The notes under the pieces: generated by a model
What the model was told of the DNA's origin: nothing
Databases searched by the model: none
The model's input: the letters and a program-made list of their open reading frames with translations, nothing else
Program-made: the position numbers and the translations under genes
Assembly (NCBI GenBank): GCA_951406725.2
Contig: OX597833.1
Coordinates: 52,266,001 to 52,330,000, forward strand
Reading direction: 5' to 3'
Origin: Octopus vulgaris
Taxonomy: Eukaryota
Length of the DNA stretch: 64,000 bases
Shown here: positions 1 to 12,752 of the stretch, piece after piece
Position numbering within the stretch: position 1 is the stretch's first letter
How the letters are laid out: the number at the start of each line of letters is the position of its first letter

Positions 1-202
1 CCAAATATATGACATAAGGTACTAGGGTTCGTGAAGGTCAGTACATATCAATATATACCAGCTCCACAGATTTCATACGGAGTATTTAGTTATACGGAGT
101 ATTTAGAAGAAGAAAGATGACAGGTTCGTAAATGTTTAACTACCACATGTAATCTACTCAGTGTTGTAAATGACATCTTATCAATATGGATAGATGCTAC
201 AA

Positions 203-489
203 GTGGAGGCAAATGGCCTAGTGGTTAGAGCAGCGGACTCGCGGGTTTGAATCTCAGACCGGGCGATGTGTGTGTTTATGAGCGAAACACCTAAGCTCCA
301 CGCGGCTCCGGCAAAAGGTAATGGCGAACTTCTGCTGACTCTTTCGTCACAACTTTCTCTCACTCTTTCTTTCTGCATCTTGCAGCTCACCTGCGACGGA
401 CCGGCGTCCCGTCCAGGTGGGGAACCTATACGCCAAGAAACTGGGAAACCGGCCCTTATGAGCCAGGCATGGCTCAAGAAGGAACAAAC
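203..489 (+). mobile_element. tRNA-headed SINE, type C2 (head C plus V-domain-like tail)
   Basis: A-box TGGCCTAGTGG and degenerate B-box GGTTTGAATCTC. Body CTGCGACGGACCGGCGTCCCGTCCAG resembles the V-SINE central domain. 12-bp TSD ATAGATGCTACA at 190-201 and 490-501. Related copies at 34139, 40002, 55495. Confidence 0.9.
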
Positions 490-1008
490 ATAGATGCTAC
501 AGGCAGATATAAGCCAAGTTTCAAGCTTATATACATCAGATGTGCGGATATAGCTAAAAGGATTTATATAAGTTGCCACATGTAAAGGGTTTACAAAAAC
601 CCTTCAAGTTATACATTAGCAGATGTGATATCATATATAAGCGTACAATGCTATACCCCCATATTTATAACAGATGTGCGATATCAAATGTGAGCGAGCT
701 TAGTTGATGCCAGATGTAAAGTATTTCATGTATCAAATGTCATTTTATTAATAAGTTGGACTGGTGCGTGAGTGCGCATTTTAAAAGAAATCCATTGTAT
801 GTCATGGCATGGGAAACAGAAAAGTGTTACTTGACTATGTGTGAACAGAACAACGGGCAAGCAGATAGCAAATAATTTTGTCGACTGTTACTATACATAT
901 TTGTTGTATATGTGTTCTGTGTTAAGTTGCACACAGAGACACGTGCGTTCGGGCGATGTGTGTTTGAGCTATAATCCTTTCTACTATAGCCACAGCACCT
1001 GACACGCG

Positions 1009-1086
1009 GGAGGGTCCAGTCGATTAGATCGAGCCCGGTGCTCAACTTGTACTCAATTTTATCGACCCCGAAAGGATGAAAAGTAA
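1009..1086 (-). mobile_element. SINE type A fragment
   Basis: Contains TTTATCGACCCCGAAAGGATGAAA, shared with full copies such as 11261-11493. Confidence 0.75.
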
Positions 1087-1212
1087 TAGCCCTTGATATT
1101 ATATTGTATTTTATATATAAGGGAAAAAATTAGATACCTTGTAAAAAATGTTTTTCCTTAATTGGTTTCCACGCTGGCTCCTTATATTTTATTAATATAT
1201 ATATACATATTC

Positions 1213-1468
1213 ATGTGTGTGTATGTCTTAGTGTCCCTGTCCCCCCCACCCCGCATCGCACCACCGTCGCGTGACAACCGATGTTGGTGTGTTTACGTCC
1301 CTGTAACTTAGCGGTTCGACAAAAGTCAATGATAGAATAAGTACTTGGCTTGCAAAGATGAAGTCCTGGAGGAGGGAGGGCGATTTCTTCGACCACAAAT
1401 CGCTTTATGGTGGTGGTCCAGCATGACCGCAGTCAAATGACTAAAACAAGTTAAAGAATAAAAGAAAT
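1213..1468 (+). mobile_element. SINE type B, 3' half
   Basis: GACAACCGATGTTGGTGTGTTTACGTCCC...CAGCATGACCGCAGTCAAATGACTAAAACAAG matches the 3' half of the full copies at 35926 and 55872. Confidence 0.85.
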
Positions 1469-1496
1469 ATATAAACATAATACACACACATATATA

Positions 1497-1825
<329 letters not shown>

Positions 1826-3425
1826 GGTGCCAACTTGATGAATGGTGTTTGATAAATGCAAGATGCTTAGATATGTTGCATACAAGAGTCAAAGGAAATT
1901 CCATCGGAACCGCCAAAAAGATTAAAATTTCTCTTTGACATCGCTTATTCTGAAAAGGTAGATGCGTACTCATAGACTTTTCAAGCTGTCTTCTACCGAG
2001 AGGATGTGTGTGTGTGTGTGTATTTGTGTATGTGTGTGTGTATGTGTGTGAAGGGGTAGAGAATGATGGGTGTATTTGTGGGGTAAGACGGCTAATATTT
2101 GCTTTGAAGTCTTGAAGCCTTTGCATGCAACAAGTGTAACGATTACATTTGCTGTCTGCTGCATCGAGAGAGCAACAAAGCATGCTGGGAAGGCGGATTC
2201 GACAGGTGTATTGAAAAAACATTAAAAACTGTCAGGTGTAATAACTTTGAAGAAAGAATGAAAGAAAGGTGAAAGAAGAGAGGATAACATGTCAGTCGAT
2301 CTCGGGGGTGGATGGGGAATAGTCGTGGGTTGGTGGGTGGGGAGATGGAAGAAATGGCTGGGCGGAGGAAACGTAACCCCTGAAGACGAAAAATAACAAG
2401 CAATCGCTGCACTCTACTTTGCGTCGTTGTCATTTCAGTCACTGATGTTGTTTGTTGTTGTTGTTGTTGTTATTGTTGATGTAGCTGTTGTTACTGTTTG
2501 TGTTCTTACTGCAAATGCTAAGGAATCGGTTGACTGTTAACGCCGTAGCTTGCTAATGGAGTTATTGCCAAACTACGACGATATAGTTTCTGTGTTTCCT
2601 CTTCCTTCCCGTCACTCTGTCTTGCACGTCTGCTTCTCTTCTTTCTTAAAACATCTCTTCATATTTCCCCAGTGTCTATGTATAATATGTTTGCTTGTGA
2701 ACGTACGCATAGCTGTCTTTATGTCTGTCTCAGTGTAGCTGCTTCTCTGTCTTTCTCTCGCTCCCCCATTCTATCTTTCATTCTTTGTTTCCTTCTCCTC
2801 CTCTCTCTGTGAATTTCTGCATATCCCCATGTCATTTTCCCTCGTTCTTTATTTAAGTTTACTCTTATTTCTCACCATTATCGTCTCTTGTTGCACAACT
2901 GGTTTCTTTCAGCGGTAACAGCAGATCCAAACTCATCAATGAATAATAGTCTGTTCATGGTCGAGGTTTCGATTCTACTTCCGAGAAGGGTCCTGAAACA
3001 AAGTACTTTAATTCACACTGGCGCTGCTCGCTAAAACCCCTCTTCTCAGCGTCATTGTCTACAGAACGCTTAAGATCTTTCCTCTCCAAAGAGCATGTAC
3101 TTCTTTGCAAAATGTTTCTGTGAGTTTTCTGCTTTCTATTTAAATTCCGTGGAAATACATCGACCTTCATGCTGTCTGGTTTTGCTCGATTCAACTCCTC
3201 TCCAGGTTTTACGGGTGTGCAGACAAAATAAAGAAAATATAAATAAAATAAAATAATCTGATAAAAACTTTCAATCGTCTGGATCTTGTGTGGGCAAACA
3301 CCCAACTCAACGTATGAAAAGATATCCAAAAATTAGACTTTAATGTAGTTTAAACTTGTTTCAGTTAGATCTTCGAAAGGCAGTTTGAAAACATGTCTGA
3401 AGAGGTCAGCAGCGAATGAATCTGA

Positions 3426-3850
3426 ACAGATTAGGTGCTAGAGCATAACAGACCGCACCTAGTGGTGATGGACAAGGTGCACCACATATGCTATGTGGCT
3501 GATGTTGCATGCCCCTTTGACCCATGAATAGTCAAGAAGGAAGGCGAAAAGATAGAAAAATACAACCCTCTTTCCCGGCTATGGAAAATGAAGAAGGTGA
3601 AGATGGTGCCAATTATTGCTGAGTCCTTGGTAACAGTATCAGAAGGCATCAAGAGGGATACATGGGAAATTGGAATAGAATGTCCAGTAGGACTGTTACG
3701 AAAGATTTGTCTCCTTGGCACGGCCAGAATAATCAGGAGAGTATTAGATAGCTGAAAAGAACGAATAGCTTGGTACCGTAGGCTGCATGTAGTAAGACCG
3801 CTACGCATGCAAGACACCAGGGGCTCCAATAAAACCTGCGATAAAGAGAA
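3426..3850 (+). mobile_element. 5'-truncated R4/Dong-type non-LTR retrotransposon (restriction-like endonuclease C-terminus plus 3' UTR)
   Basis: Manual translation 3426-3755: TD*VLEHNRPHLVVMDKVHHICYVADVACPFDP*IVKKEGEKIEKYNPLSRLWKMKKVKMVPII...LRKICLLGTARIIRRVLDS*. This matches the RPD..D..K..KY..LLGTARI pattern. Two in-frame stops, AATAAA at 3828-3833, then (TAA)n. Confidence 0.9.
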
Positions 3851-4540
<690 letters not shown>

Positions 4541-4697
4541 TGCATTATTTGTTGATCCCCCCACCCAAGATCCAATACATACAATGTGAATTATGACAAA
4601 TAAATGGAATTAGGAAATAACGAAATAGGTGAGAATACACACAAATACATTAATGCATACATACCCACATACACACACATAATACATGTATATATAT

Positions 4698-4756
<59 letters not shown>

Positions 4757-4806
4757 TAAATAGATAAATAGATAGATAGATAGATTGATAGATAGATAGA
4801 TAGATG

Positions 4807-4848
<42 letters not shown>

Positions 4849-5384
4849 ATGAAACGCGTAAAATGAAGCACTATGCTAAAAGAAATTTAGTACACAAATG
4901 CAAAAAAAAAAGAATAGCTTTGACTAACTCAAATTAGCACGTGCAGCGAGAAAATAATTCATTAGCATAATTTGAATTGGTTTTTATTTGGGAATTGCCC
5001 CCCCCCCTCACTGCCTTTAAACCAGAATTAATTATGATGTTGATACATTTTTTTTCATAACTGCCATGGAAAGTATTTAAATTAATTAGTTTGCTTTGGC
5101 TCCCTATATTAAGTAAAACAGAATCTACTTAAATCTTTGTAGTAATGATGTTTGGTGTGTATAGTGCAGTTGATATAAATACCTTCCAATAATAGAATTT
5201 ATTGAACAGTAGGAGGTACGCTATGGGATGTTTTCTAGATAGAGTCAGACCTAACGCAGGATTACTAAACCATGCTTGGGCACAATAGGTTTATTAGAAC
5301 GCCATATACACTACTGAAGTAGTTAGTGGGGTGCAGGAATTACTACAACGTGATTGCTTTATTGTTTGTGTTATAACAATTATA

Positions 5385-5802
5385 GGATCTTTTCGGTTTG
5401 AACGGCAGTTTTTAACATAATTTCTAGGTAACTAAAAAATTTTAAACTTCGTATACTGGTAGAATGTGTTTATAAAACATCTTTTTTTCTCTTGGCTTTA
5501 TTGAGAAAATTCTATAGTTTGTAAGATATTTGTTGTTTTTTTCTTCAATTTCTGCAAATTCAACCAATCAATTACGTCCATTGAGGTAAACAACATTCTG
5601 TGCCGTATGAATATGTCCCCCGTTTAAGAAACAGATTGGGTTTATTTACATTTGTGAAGAAAAAAAGATACCCTTCCCCCCCACTCCTAACCCTAACCCT
5701 AAAATAGATTGAAATGCAATAGATCGATACTAGGGTCATAATTATGGGTGACAATTTCATATGACACCGCTAGAAAAACTGCCGTTCAAACCGAAAAGAT
5801 CC
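5385..5802. mobile_element. Non-autonomous DNA transposon (MITE), probably Merlin-type
   Basis: Perfect 29-bp TIRs GGATCTTTTCGGTTTGAACGGCAGTTTTT (5385-5413 / 5774-5802). Perfect 8-bp TSD CAATTATA (5377-5384 / 5803-5810). No ORF. Superfamily inferred from GG termini plus 8-bp TSD. Confidence 0.93.
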
Positions 5803-5849
5803 CAATTATACAGACGCTAGGGCACTGTTTCAACTCAGGACTGAGAAAT

Positions 5850-6143
5850 AAAGGAATAAGGGGCAAAAAGCGATGGAGTAAAAAGTGGAAGATTGATCGC
5901 TTATTCTTCTATCGGGCATATAGGAGTTATACTGGAGGGAATTATTCTGGGTTTTATTACTGTAGGTTGAGAAGGAGCAATGTTCAGGATAGTTTGGATT
6001 TAAAACTCGCATTGTCGACCAGCAGAAAAGTCCCGTCCTATATTCTGCAGGAATCCTAAGACAGAGTTTTGAGATTAGTGGAGACTTGCTGTCGCGAAGG
6101 CTGAAGTTGAAATGCCTGCTAACTAAATTAGCATGGACTAGCG
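5850..6143 (+). mobile_element. Degenerate R4/Dong-type LINE 3' end
   Basis: About 6019-6075 translates to QQKSPVLYSAGILRQSFEI (cf. LQK..LL.SARILRKVLEI), followed by a short UTR and (TAA)n. Confidence 0.6.
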
Positions 6144-6153
6144 AAATAATATC

Positions 6154-6216
<63 letters not shown>

Positions 6217-6355
6217 TAAATAATAATAATAATAATAATAATAAATAATAATGACAATAATAATAAATAATAATAATAATAATAATAATAAAATAATAAT
6301 GATAATAATAATAATAATTATAATAATGATAATGATAATGATAATAGTAATAATA

Positions 6356-6409
<54 letters not shown>

Positions 6410-6450
6410 CATGGTCGTCATCATTATTATTATTATCATTATTAATATTA
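6144..6450. repeat. (TAA)n microsatellite
   Basis: Read directly. Confidence 0.95.
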
Positions 6451-6623
6451 TTGTATTATTTGTTGACACCTAAGATCCTATATATATATACAATGTGAAT
6501 TATGACAAATAAATGGAATTAGGAAATAACGAAATAGGTGAGAATGCAAATTTCTGTGAGAATACACACAAATACATTCATTCATGCATGCATACATACA
6601 TACATGTATACACACACATAATA

Positions 6624-6668
<45 letters not shown>

Positions 6669-6748
6669 TTACGCACTGGGGTCGATGTAATCGACTTAAT
6701 CCCTTTGTCTGTCCTTGTTCGTCCCCTCTATGTGGGTAATAAAGAAAT

Positions 6749-6819
<71 letters not shown>

Positions 6820-6886
6820 TGTGTGTGTGTGGTGCCCCACCATGGCCGCGGCCTTCGGGCTAAAACATTTTTAAGGATTTAAGGAC

Positions 6887-6918
<32 letters not shown>

Positions 6919-6921
6919 GCA

Positions 6922-6977
<56 letters not shown>

Positions 6978-7043
6978 GAGTCGCATAAAATGAAAGTACA
7001 GTATGCTAAAAGAAGTTTAGTACACAAATGCAAAAAAAAAAAA
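6407..7043 (+). repeat. Local duplication, copy 2, with a SINE A 3' fragment (6667-6749) in its (TA)n tract
   Basis: Collinear with 4509-4910. The extra sequence CAGTTACGCACTGGGGTCGATGTAATCG...AAAGAAATA is the SINE A tail. Confidence 0.88.
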
Positions 7044-7232
7044 AACGTGTCCATCGGGATTGTTTTGTGTATGCCTTCATTCTTTAACATAAATTTAGGA
7101 GGAATTTCATTAATTATCATCTCATTACACCTAAATATTTCTGTGTTAATTGGTTTCTAACTAATCGATTTGTGTTAATTCATATTCTCCTCGTTTATCT
7201 GAATGAACTCATTTTCAGTAGCCATTTTAGCG

Positions 7233-7597
7233 AAGGCAGCGAACTGGCAGAATCGTTACATGCTGGCCGAACTACTTAGCGACATTTTGTCCTTCTTCCC
7301 GTTCTGAGTTTAAATTCTGCAATGATCGACTATGCCCTTCATCCTTTCGGAGTCGATAAAGTAAGTACCAGTTGATGTAATTGACTTGCGCCCTCTACCG
7401 AAATTGCTGGCCTTGTGCTAAAATTTGAAACTATTATTTTTAGTATTAAGGTGGTCACGTGGCAGAATCTTAAGTACACCAGACAAAGGTTTAATTTGTA
7501 AACCCTCGAAGGTTTACTTTGCCTTCCTCATTTTGGGGTTGATAAAATAAGTACCAGTTAAGTATTGGGGTCGGTGTAAACAACTAGCACCCTCTCT
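7233..7597 (+). mobile_element. Two adjacent diverged SINE A copies
   Basis: AAGGCAGCGAACTGGCAGAATCG...CCCTTCATCCTTTCGGAGTCGATAAA, then a second more decayed copy from about 7448. Confidence 0.8.
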
Positions 7598-7600
7598 TCT

Positions 7601-7951
7601 GGCAGTACCCGGTATGGGCCCCTATCCAGGGTTACGCAAAGGAGACAGCATTCAAAGAAATCCGGAGTGGAGACCCGTAGGCAGTTTAGTGTTCGACTCG
7701 ACACTCTTCCGGCAGCTCCTGCAACCAAGCTGGTGCCAAACGTAATGCTCTGCCCTCCTTTGGACTATGTCAGCAAGGTCGAGAGAGGAATCCTGACGAT
7801 TGGACTAGCCAGGATTATCTTACATCTAGCCCAGGCCTGCGCAAAACTGGAGAGGAGACTTGAGAGGACACGAATTGTAAAAACCAGACTGGATTAGTTT
7901 ATGCGCAACTCCATTGTCTCCCGAGACAAAAGGATGCCAACAACAACAACA
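7601..7951 (+). mobile_element. Non-coding retroelement derivative with RTE-like UTR sequence and (CAA)n tail
   Basis: GC-rich block CTTCCGGCAGCTCCTGCAACCAAGCTGGTGCCAAACGTAATGCT resembles RTE-clade 5' UTR motifs (from memory). It ends CGAGACAAAAGGATGC(CAA)n. Single copy here. Confidence 0.45.
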
Positions 7952-8097
7952 TTATTATTGTTGTTGTTGTGATTATAATAATAATAATAATAATTATTAT
8001 TATTATTATTATCATTATTATTATTATCATCATCATTATTATTATCATCATCATTATTATTATCATCATTATTATTATTATCATTATTATTATTATT

Positions 8098-8654
8098 GAG
8101 TGAGAGAGCAGTTCATGCCATCAAAGTGACACTGGGGTAAAATATACGAAGCCCAATATACCCATCATGACTACCCGTCTGATAAAGGTACACCAGGCAC
8201 ATGCATCACAACCATATGTGCGCGACATGGTGATCTCATATCAAGATAAACAGCACATGACCTTGCAGGTGGGGCCCAGTTAGAATTTTCTTCAGGTTGA
8301 GTAACCCATCCCGCTCAAACGGTCCCTGAATAAGGGTTGTTTAAGGATGTTGAAAGAACCACCCATGTTTCCAGAGGTGAACTATTCAAACCCCAAAGAA
8401 TCCCTCTCAACACATGGCTATGATGCTCCCCCTACTACTTCTGCTCGTGATCAGAGATGCACATATCGTCAGCCACTAAGGGACATGCTCAACTGGTTAA
8501 GGTCAAACAACTGACAAGCAAATCTGTGGTATTGAGCAGAATATTTGCTGTAGCCCATCTTTTATACTAAGACAAAACAATGTACATGATAACACTTCCA
8601 ATCAGTTAAGATCAGAAGCCATGAGAGCCACTGCCTGGTACTGCATCAGGGCAT

Positions 8655-8656
<2 letters not shown>
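8098..8656 (-). mobile_element. ~560-bp non-coding interspersed element embedded in (TAA)n (type F)
   Basis: Second, inverted and truncated copy at 23751-24198. Both abut TAA/ATT tracts on both sides and share the same terminus. Strand inferred from which end is truncated. Confidence 0.8.
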
Positions 8657-8709
<53 letters not shown>

Positions 8710-8735
8710 CATCATCATCATTATTATCATCATCA

Positions 8736-8791
<56 letters not shown>

Positions 8792-8854
8792 CATCATCAT
8801 CATCATTATTATCATCATCAATATTATTATTATTATCATATATTATCATTATTA

Positions 8855-8891
<37 letters not shown>
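8657..8891. repeat. (ATT)n/(ATC)n microsatellite
   Basis: Read directly. A similar tract lies at 7952-8097. Confidence 0.95.
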
Positions 8892-9545
8892 TCATTTTAG
8901 CCAAGGAATCGAGCTAATAGAATCGGTAGCATTTTGTCCGTCTTCACGTTCTGAATCTGCTAACCTTGTGCTAAAATTTAAAACCAATATTATTAGCATT
9001 AAGGCAGCCAATATAATTACTATTGTTGTTATTGTTGTTGTTACTGTTGTTATTGTTATTATTGTTATTATTATTATTCTCGTTGTTGCTGTTGTTGTTT
9101 TAATTACTTTATATCTAGGAGTTTTTGTTGTTGTTTATTTTTTTTTTACACTGCTAAATTGAGTTATGTTTCTGATACAGTGGAAAAGTCAATATACTTA
9201 TAATCCCGCCTACTGTCGTGTCATTATTTCTTATTTTAATTTCTTTATTCGTTAATTTGCTCATATGATTTATTATGTTATGAGAGAAAAAGAAAGCAAA
9301 TAATATTATTGGCTACAGGAAACCATTATTTTTATGGCACAAAATAAAGCAATTACGGACAAAACCAGTTTTAATTGAAATATATTAAGCCGCATATATT
9401 CATGCATGTATGAATAGATTATTCATAGTAATCAGCAATAGCGTTGATTCAGGATTTTTGCAATATAATCTATGTTTAGATCGTATAACGACGTGGGAGT
9501 CCTCATTCAAATACTTGTGTTTTACATAAGGCGTGCATAATATTA

Positions 9546-10102
9546 TTTTCTACTCTAGGTTCAAGGCCCGAAATTTTGGGGGCGGAGCCAGTCAAATTAG
9601 ATCGACCCCAGTACGCAACTAGTACTTAATTCATCAAACCTTGAAAGGATAAAAGGCGCAGTCGACCTCGGCGGAATTTGAACTCAGAAAGTAACGCCAG
9701 ACGAAATACCTATTTCTTTACTACCCACAAGGGGCTAAACACAGAGGGGCAAACAAGGACAGACGAAGGGATTAAGTCGATTACATCAACCCAAGTGTGT
9801 AACTGGTACTTAGTTTATCGACCCCGAATGGATGAAAGGCAAAGTCGACCTCGGCGGAATTTGAACTCAGAACGTTACGGCAGACGAAATACCGCTAAGC
9901 ATTTCGCCCGGCGTGTTAACGTTTCTTATTACTTTATTGCCCACAATGGGCTAAACATAGAGGGGACAAACAAGGACAGACAAACGGATTAAGTCGATTA
10001 CATCGATCCCAGTGCGTAACTGGTACTTAGTTTATCGACCCCGAAAGGATGAAAGGCAAAGTCGACCTCAGCGGAATTTGAACTCTGAACGTAACGGCAG
10101 AT
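9546..10102 (-). mobile_element. Tandem array of three SINE A units
   Basis: Three successive GTCGACCTC(G/A)GCGGAATTTGAACTC cores at about 9661, 9844 and 10061. Confidence 0.9.
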
Positions 10103-10462
10103 GAAGATCGTGAGAGCAACACTCTATCCACTAACTTTCCTTAATTATCTTTAATCGCTACCTCAATAAAAACATTAAAACACTTCGAGGTATTCTATCT
10201 TAGGATTGCAAAATAAATAAATAATCAAATGTGGATTTTAGTTCTATAACGAAATCTGTGTCGACTTGATTTATATTTAAGATCGTACCTTGGCAATACA
10301 AAAGGAAGAAATGAAAATAAAGCTATAATGTTTTAAAAATGTGAATTTCAAACATTTTTATTTAATATTCCATTTTTTTTCCTGTCATTTTTCAACGCAT
10401 TTTCGTTGCGAATCCGCAAGATGAAATACACCACAAATACAAATAAAAAAAAAGTGGGGTCT

Positions 10463-10795
10463 AAAGACGCCCTTCGATCATGAACGACCAAGGGATTGCA
10501 CTTAGAAAGATATTCTCCGAAGCAAACGTACAGGCAGGGTTGTTTATGGAAGACCAGAAATCACCCATGCATACCAGTCTCCCCTCTCAACACCACCGAT
10601 GATATCCAAAGAAAAGAAAAAGACCGATACATCATAACACCAGTGATGTCGCAATGCATTTCTACAACTGAGTGAACTGGAGAAACATGAAATAAAATAT
10701 CTTGTTCAAGAACACAACACACATCCCGGTCCGGGATTCGAACTCACAACCTTAGGATTGAGAGCCTGACGCTCTAACCGCTGAACCATGCGCCT
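10463..10795 (-). mobile_element. tRNA-headed SINE type E (CORE-like segment)
   Basis: Minus strand GGCGCATGGTTCAGCGGTTAGAGCG...GTTCGAATCCCGG, then GTGTTCTTGAACAAGA...CTCCAGTTCACTCAG. Homologous to 14068-14432. Confidence 0.85.
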
Positions 10796-11260
10796 ATTCG
10801 TACAACGAGCAATATGCCAGTGAGAACGTTACTAGCCCTGCATGTGCTGTGACCCACAATTTTCGACAATGTCTTTTCGTATATACTTTCCCTCATTGTT
10901 TATAAATTACGAGCATAGCTTAGCATATATTCGGTTTTGTTTATGTATTTATGCATAAAGTTAAGTCTATTGTCATTGTTGATATTATAATTGTTATTGT
11001 TAGTGTGGTTGTTATGGCTAACAAGCAATTTATAGTATTTATACAAAAAAATATTTTTAAAGTTAATATTTAAATAGGAGAAACGAGTAAAAAAAAGATC
11101 TGTACTGATGTAACTATTACGTCTACCATCCCAGTCGTCCTCAGTACTGCTATAAAATTTTCGCTCCCGCTCCAGAGGGCCGTAATGCTTATTTCGAGAA
11201 ACGCAAGTTTAGAGGGATGAGATGAAGAACGAGTTGCCCCAGTGTCTGAGGTGATAAATA

Positions 11261-11493
11261 TATTTTATTACTGCCCACAAGGGGCTAAACATAGAGGGGA
11301 CAAACAAGGACAGACAAAGGGAATAAGTCGATTACATCGACCCCAGTGCGAAACTGGTACTTTATTTATCGACCCCGAAAGGATGAAAAGCAAAGTCGAC
11401 CTCGGCGGAATTTGGACTCAGAACGTAACGACTGACGACATACCGCTAAGCATTTCGCCCGGCGCGCTAACGTTTCTGCCAGCTCGCCGCCTT
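11261..11493 (-). mobile_element. Full-length SINE type A
   Basis: Head AGGCGGCGAGCTGGCAG, central CTTTTCATCCTTTCGGGGTCGATAAA. Perfect 16-bp TSD TCTGAGGTGATAAATA (11245-11260 / 11494-11509). Confidence 0.95.
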
Positions 11494-11777
11494 TCTGAGG
11501 TGATAAATAGTCGATAAAGACCTCGTAGTAGCTTAGGAACCATGTCACAGATGACGAACCATATCACAGATGAAGTGAGACTACTCATGCCTGAGCCATG
11601 ACTGAGAATATTTGGAGAGAATTTCGAAGCAGACAGGGACTAGACGATCAGCGATGTGGGATGCATTGATCCTGCTTGAGTAGATACTCAATGTGGGTGC
11701 GTTATGTTTATATGCATTGGTTTGGTGAACCAACGTTTTATCGTGTCTTCATATTTTGCATGTATGTATGCATGTCT

Positions 11778-12090
11778 GGCGTGAAGGATGTCATCGCAGA
11801 GTAAGAAGTCCGGCGTGAGGGATGTCATCGCAGAGTATACACGCAGCAAGTTTAGATGGGCTGGAAAGGTCGCCCGGCTCACCGATAATCGGTGGACCCG
11901 CGCAGTTGTCGAGTGGTATCCACGCGAGCGGAAACGACCACTCGGAAGGCCTCCACGACGGTGGAGTTACGATTTCAGGAGGACGATTGGGATCATGTGG
12001 ATGAGAAAGGCGCAATCCAGAGAGGGGTGGGCAGCGTGCTGTGACCAGCGGTGTCAAATGGACGCCCGACGGACTGGTCGGTAAAGGTAG
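11778..12090 (+). mobile_element. 5'-truncated RTE-clade LINE (C-terminus)
   Basis: ORF 11788-12084 contains KFRWAGKVARLTDNRWTRAVVEWYPRERKRPLGRPPRRW...WMRKAQSREGW, the typical RTE C-terminal RWAGHVAR/GRP..RW motifs. No internal stops. Confidence 0.92.
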
Positions 12091-12380
12091 TATGCATGTA
12101 TGTATGCGTCTATGTATATGTGTGTATGTGAGTGTGCATGTCTGTAAGTGTGTGAGTGTGTGTTGCAATCCATGTCAGAACGAGCGAATTACATTTAAAT
12201 ATTAGAAACCCGAGGTGAGAAGGTATAAGAATGCTAACACAATCTTTCCAAGCTTTCAATGTACCGAAAGAAGTGGAAGAGAGATTCATGACGGACTGTT
12301 TGAAAGGTACTTTAACCCTCCTCAGAGACGTATCCCATTTCGTTCTCCAATCGATGGCATACAATATTCAAGTGCTATAT

Positions 12381-12752
12381 GGAAGCACTCCGTCGGTTAC
12401 GACGACGAGGGTTCCGGTTGTTCCGATCAACGGAACAGCCTGCTCGTGAAATTAACGTGTAAGTGGCTGAGCACTCCACAGACACGTGTACCCTTAACGT
12501 AGTTCTCGGGGATATTCAGCATGACACAGAGAGTGACAAGGCCGGCCCTTTGAAATACAGGTACAACAGAAACAGGAAGTAAGAGTGAGAGAAAGTTGTG
12601 GTGAAAGAGTACAGCAGGGATCACCACCATCACCTGCCGGAGCCTCGTGGAGCTTTTTAGGTGTTTTCGCTCAATAAACACTCACAACGCCCGATCTGGG
12701 AAATCGAAACCGCGAGTCCGCTGCCCTAACCACTGGGCCATTGCGCCTCCAC
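12381..12752 (-). mobile_element. SINE type C1 (head C plus long body)
   Basis: Nearly identical to 26740, 48448 and 50821. 11-bp TSD AAGTGCTATAT (12370-12380 / 12755-12765). Small deletion in the head. Confidence 0.95.

Noticed and set aside
1-730. Loose recurrences of CAGATGT and CCACATGTAA, and a 15-bp duplication at 75-107
   Set aside because: Probably an eroded tandem repeat cut by the window edge. No unit could be defined reliably.
5684-5702. Telomeric repeat suggesting a chromosome end or fusion
   Set aside because: About three units, internal to a MITE.
8633-8652. CCTG-ATGCAGTAC-CAGG (minus strand) resembling U2 snRNA stem-loop IV at the end of element F
   Set aside because: Only ~17 nt, imperfect, and the rest of U2 does not align.
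12215-12681. Recurring ORFs such as [22 protein letters not shown] and RNWYLIYRPRK at several loci
   Set aside because: They recur because they are read from SINE C1 and SINE A copies, not from a gene family.
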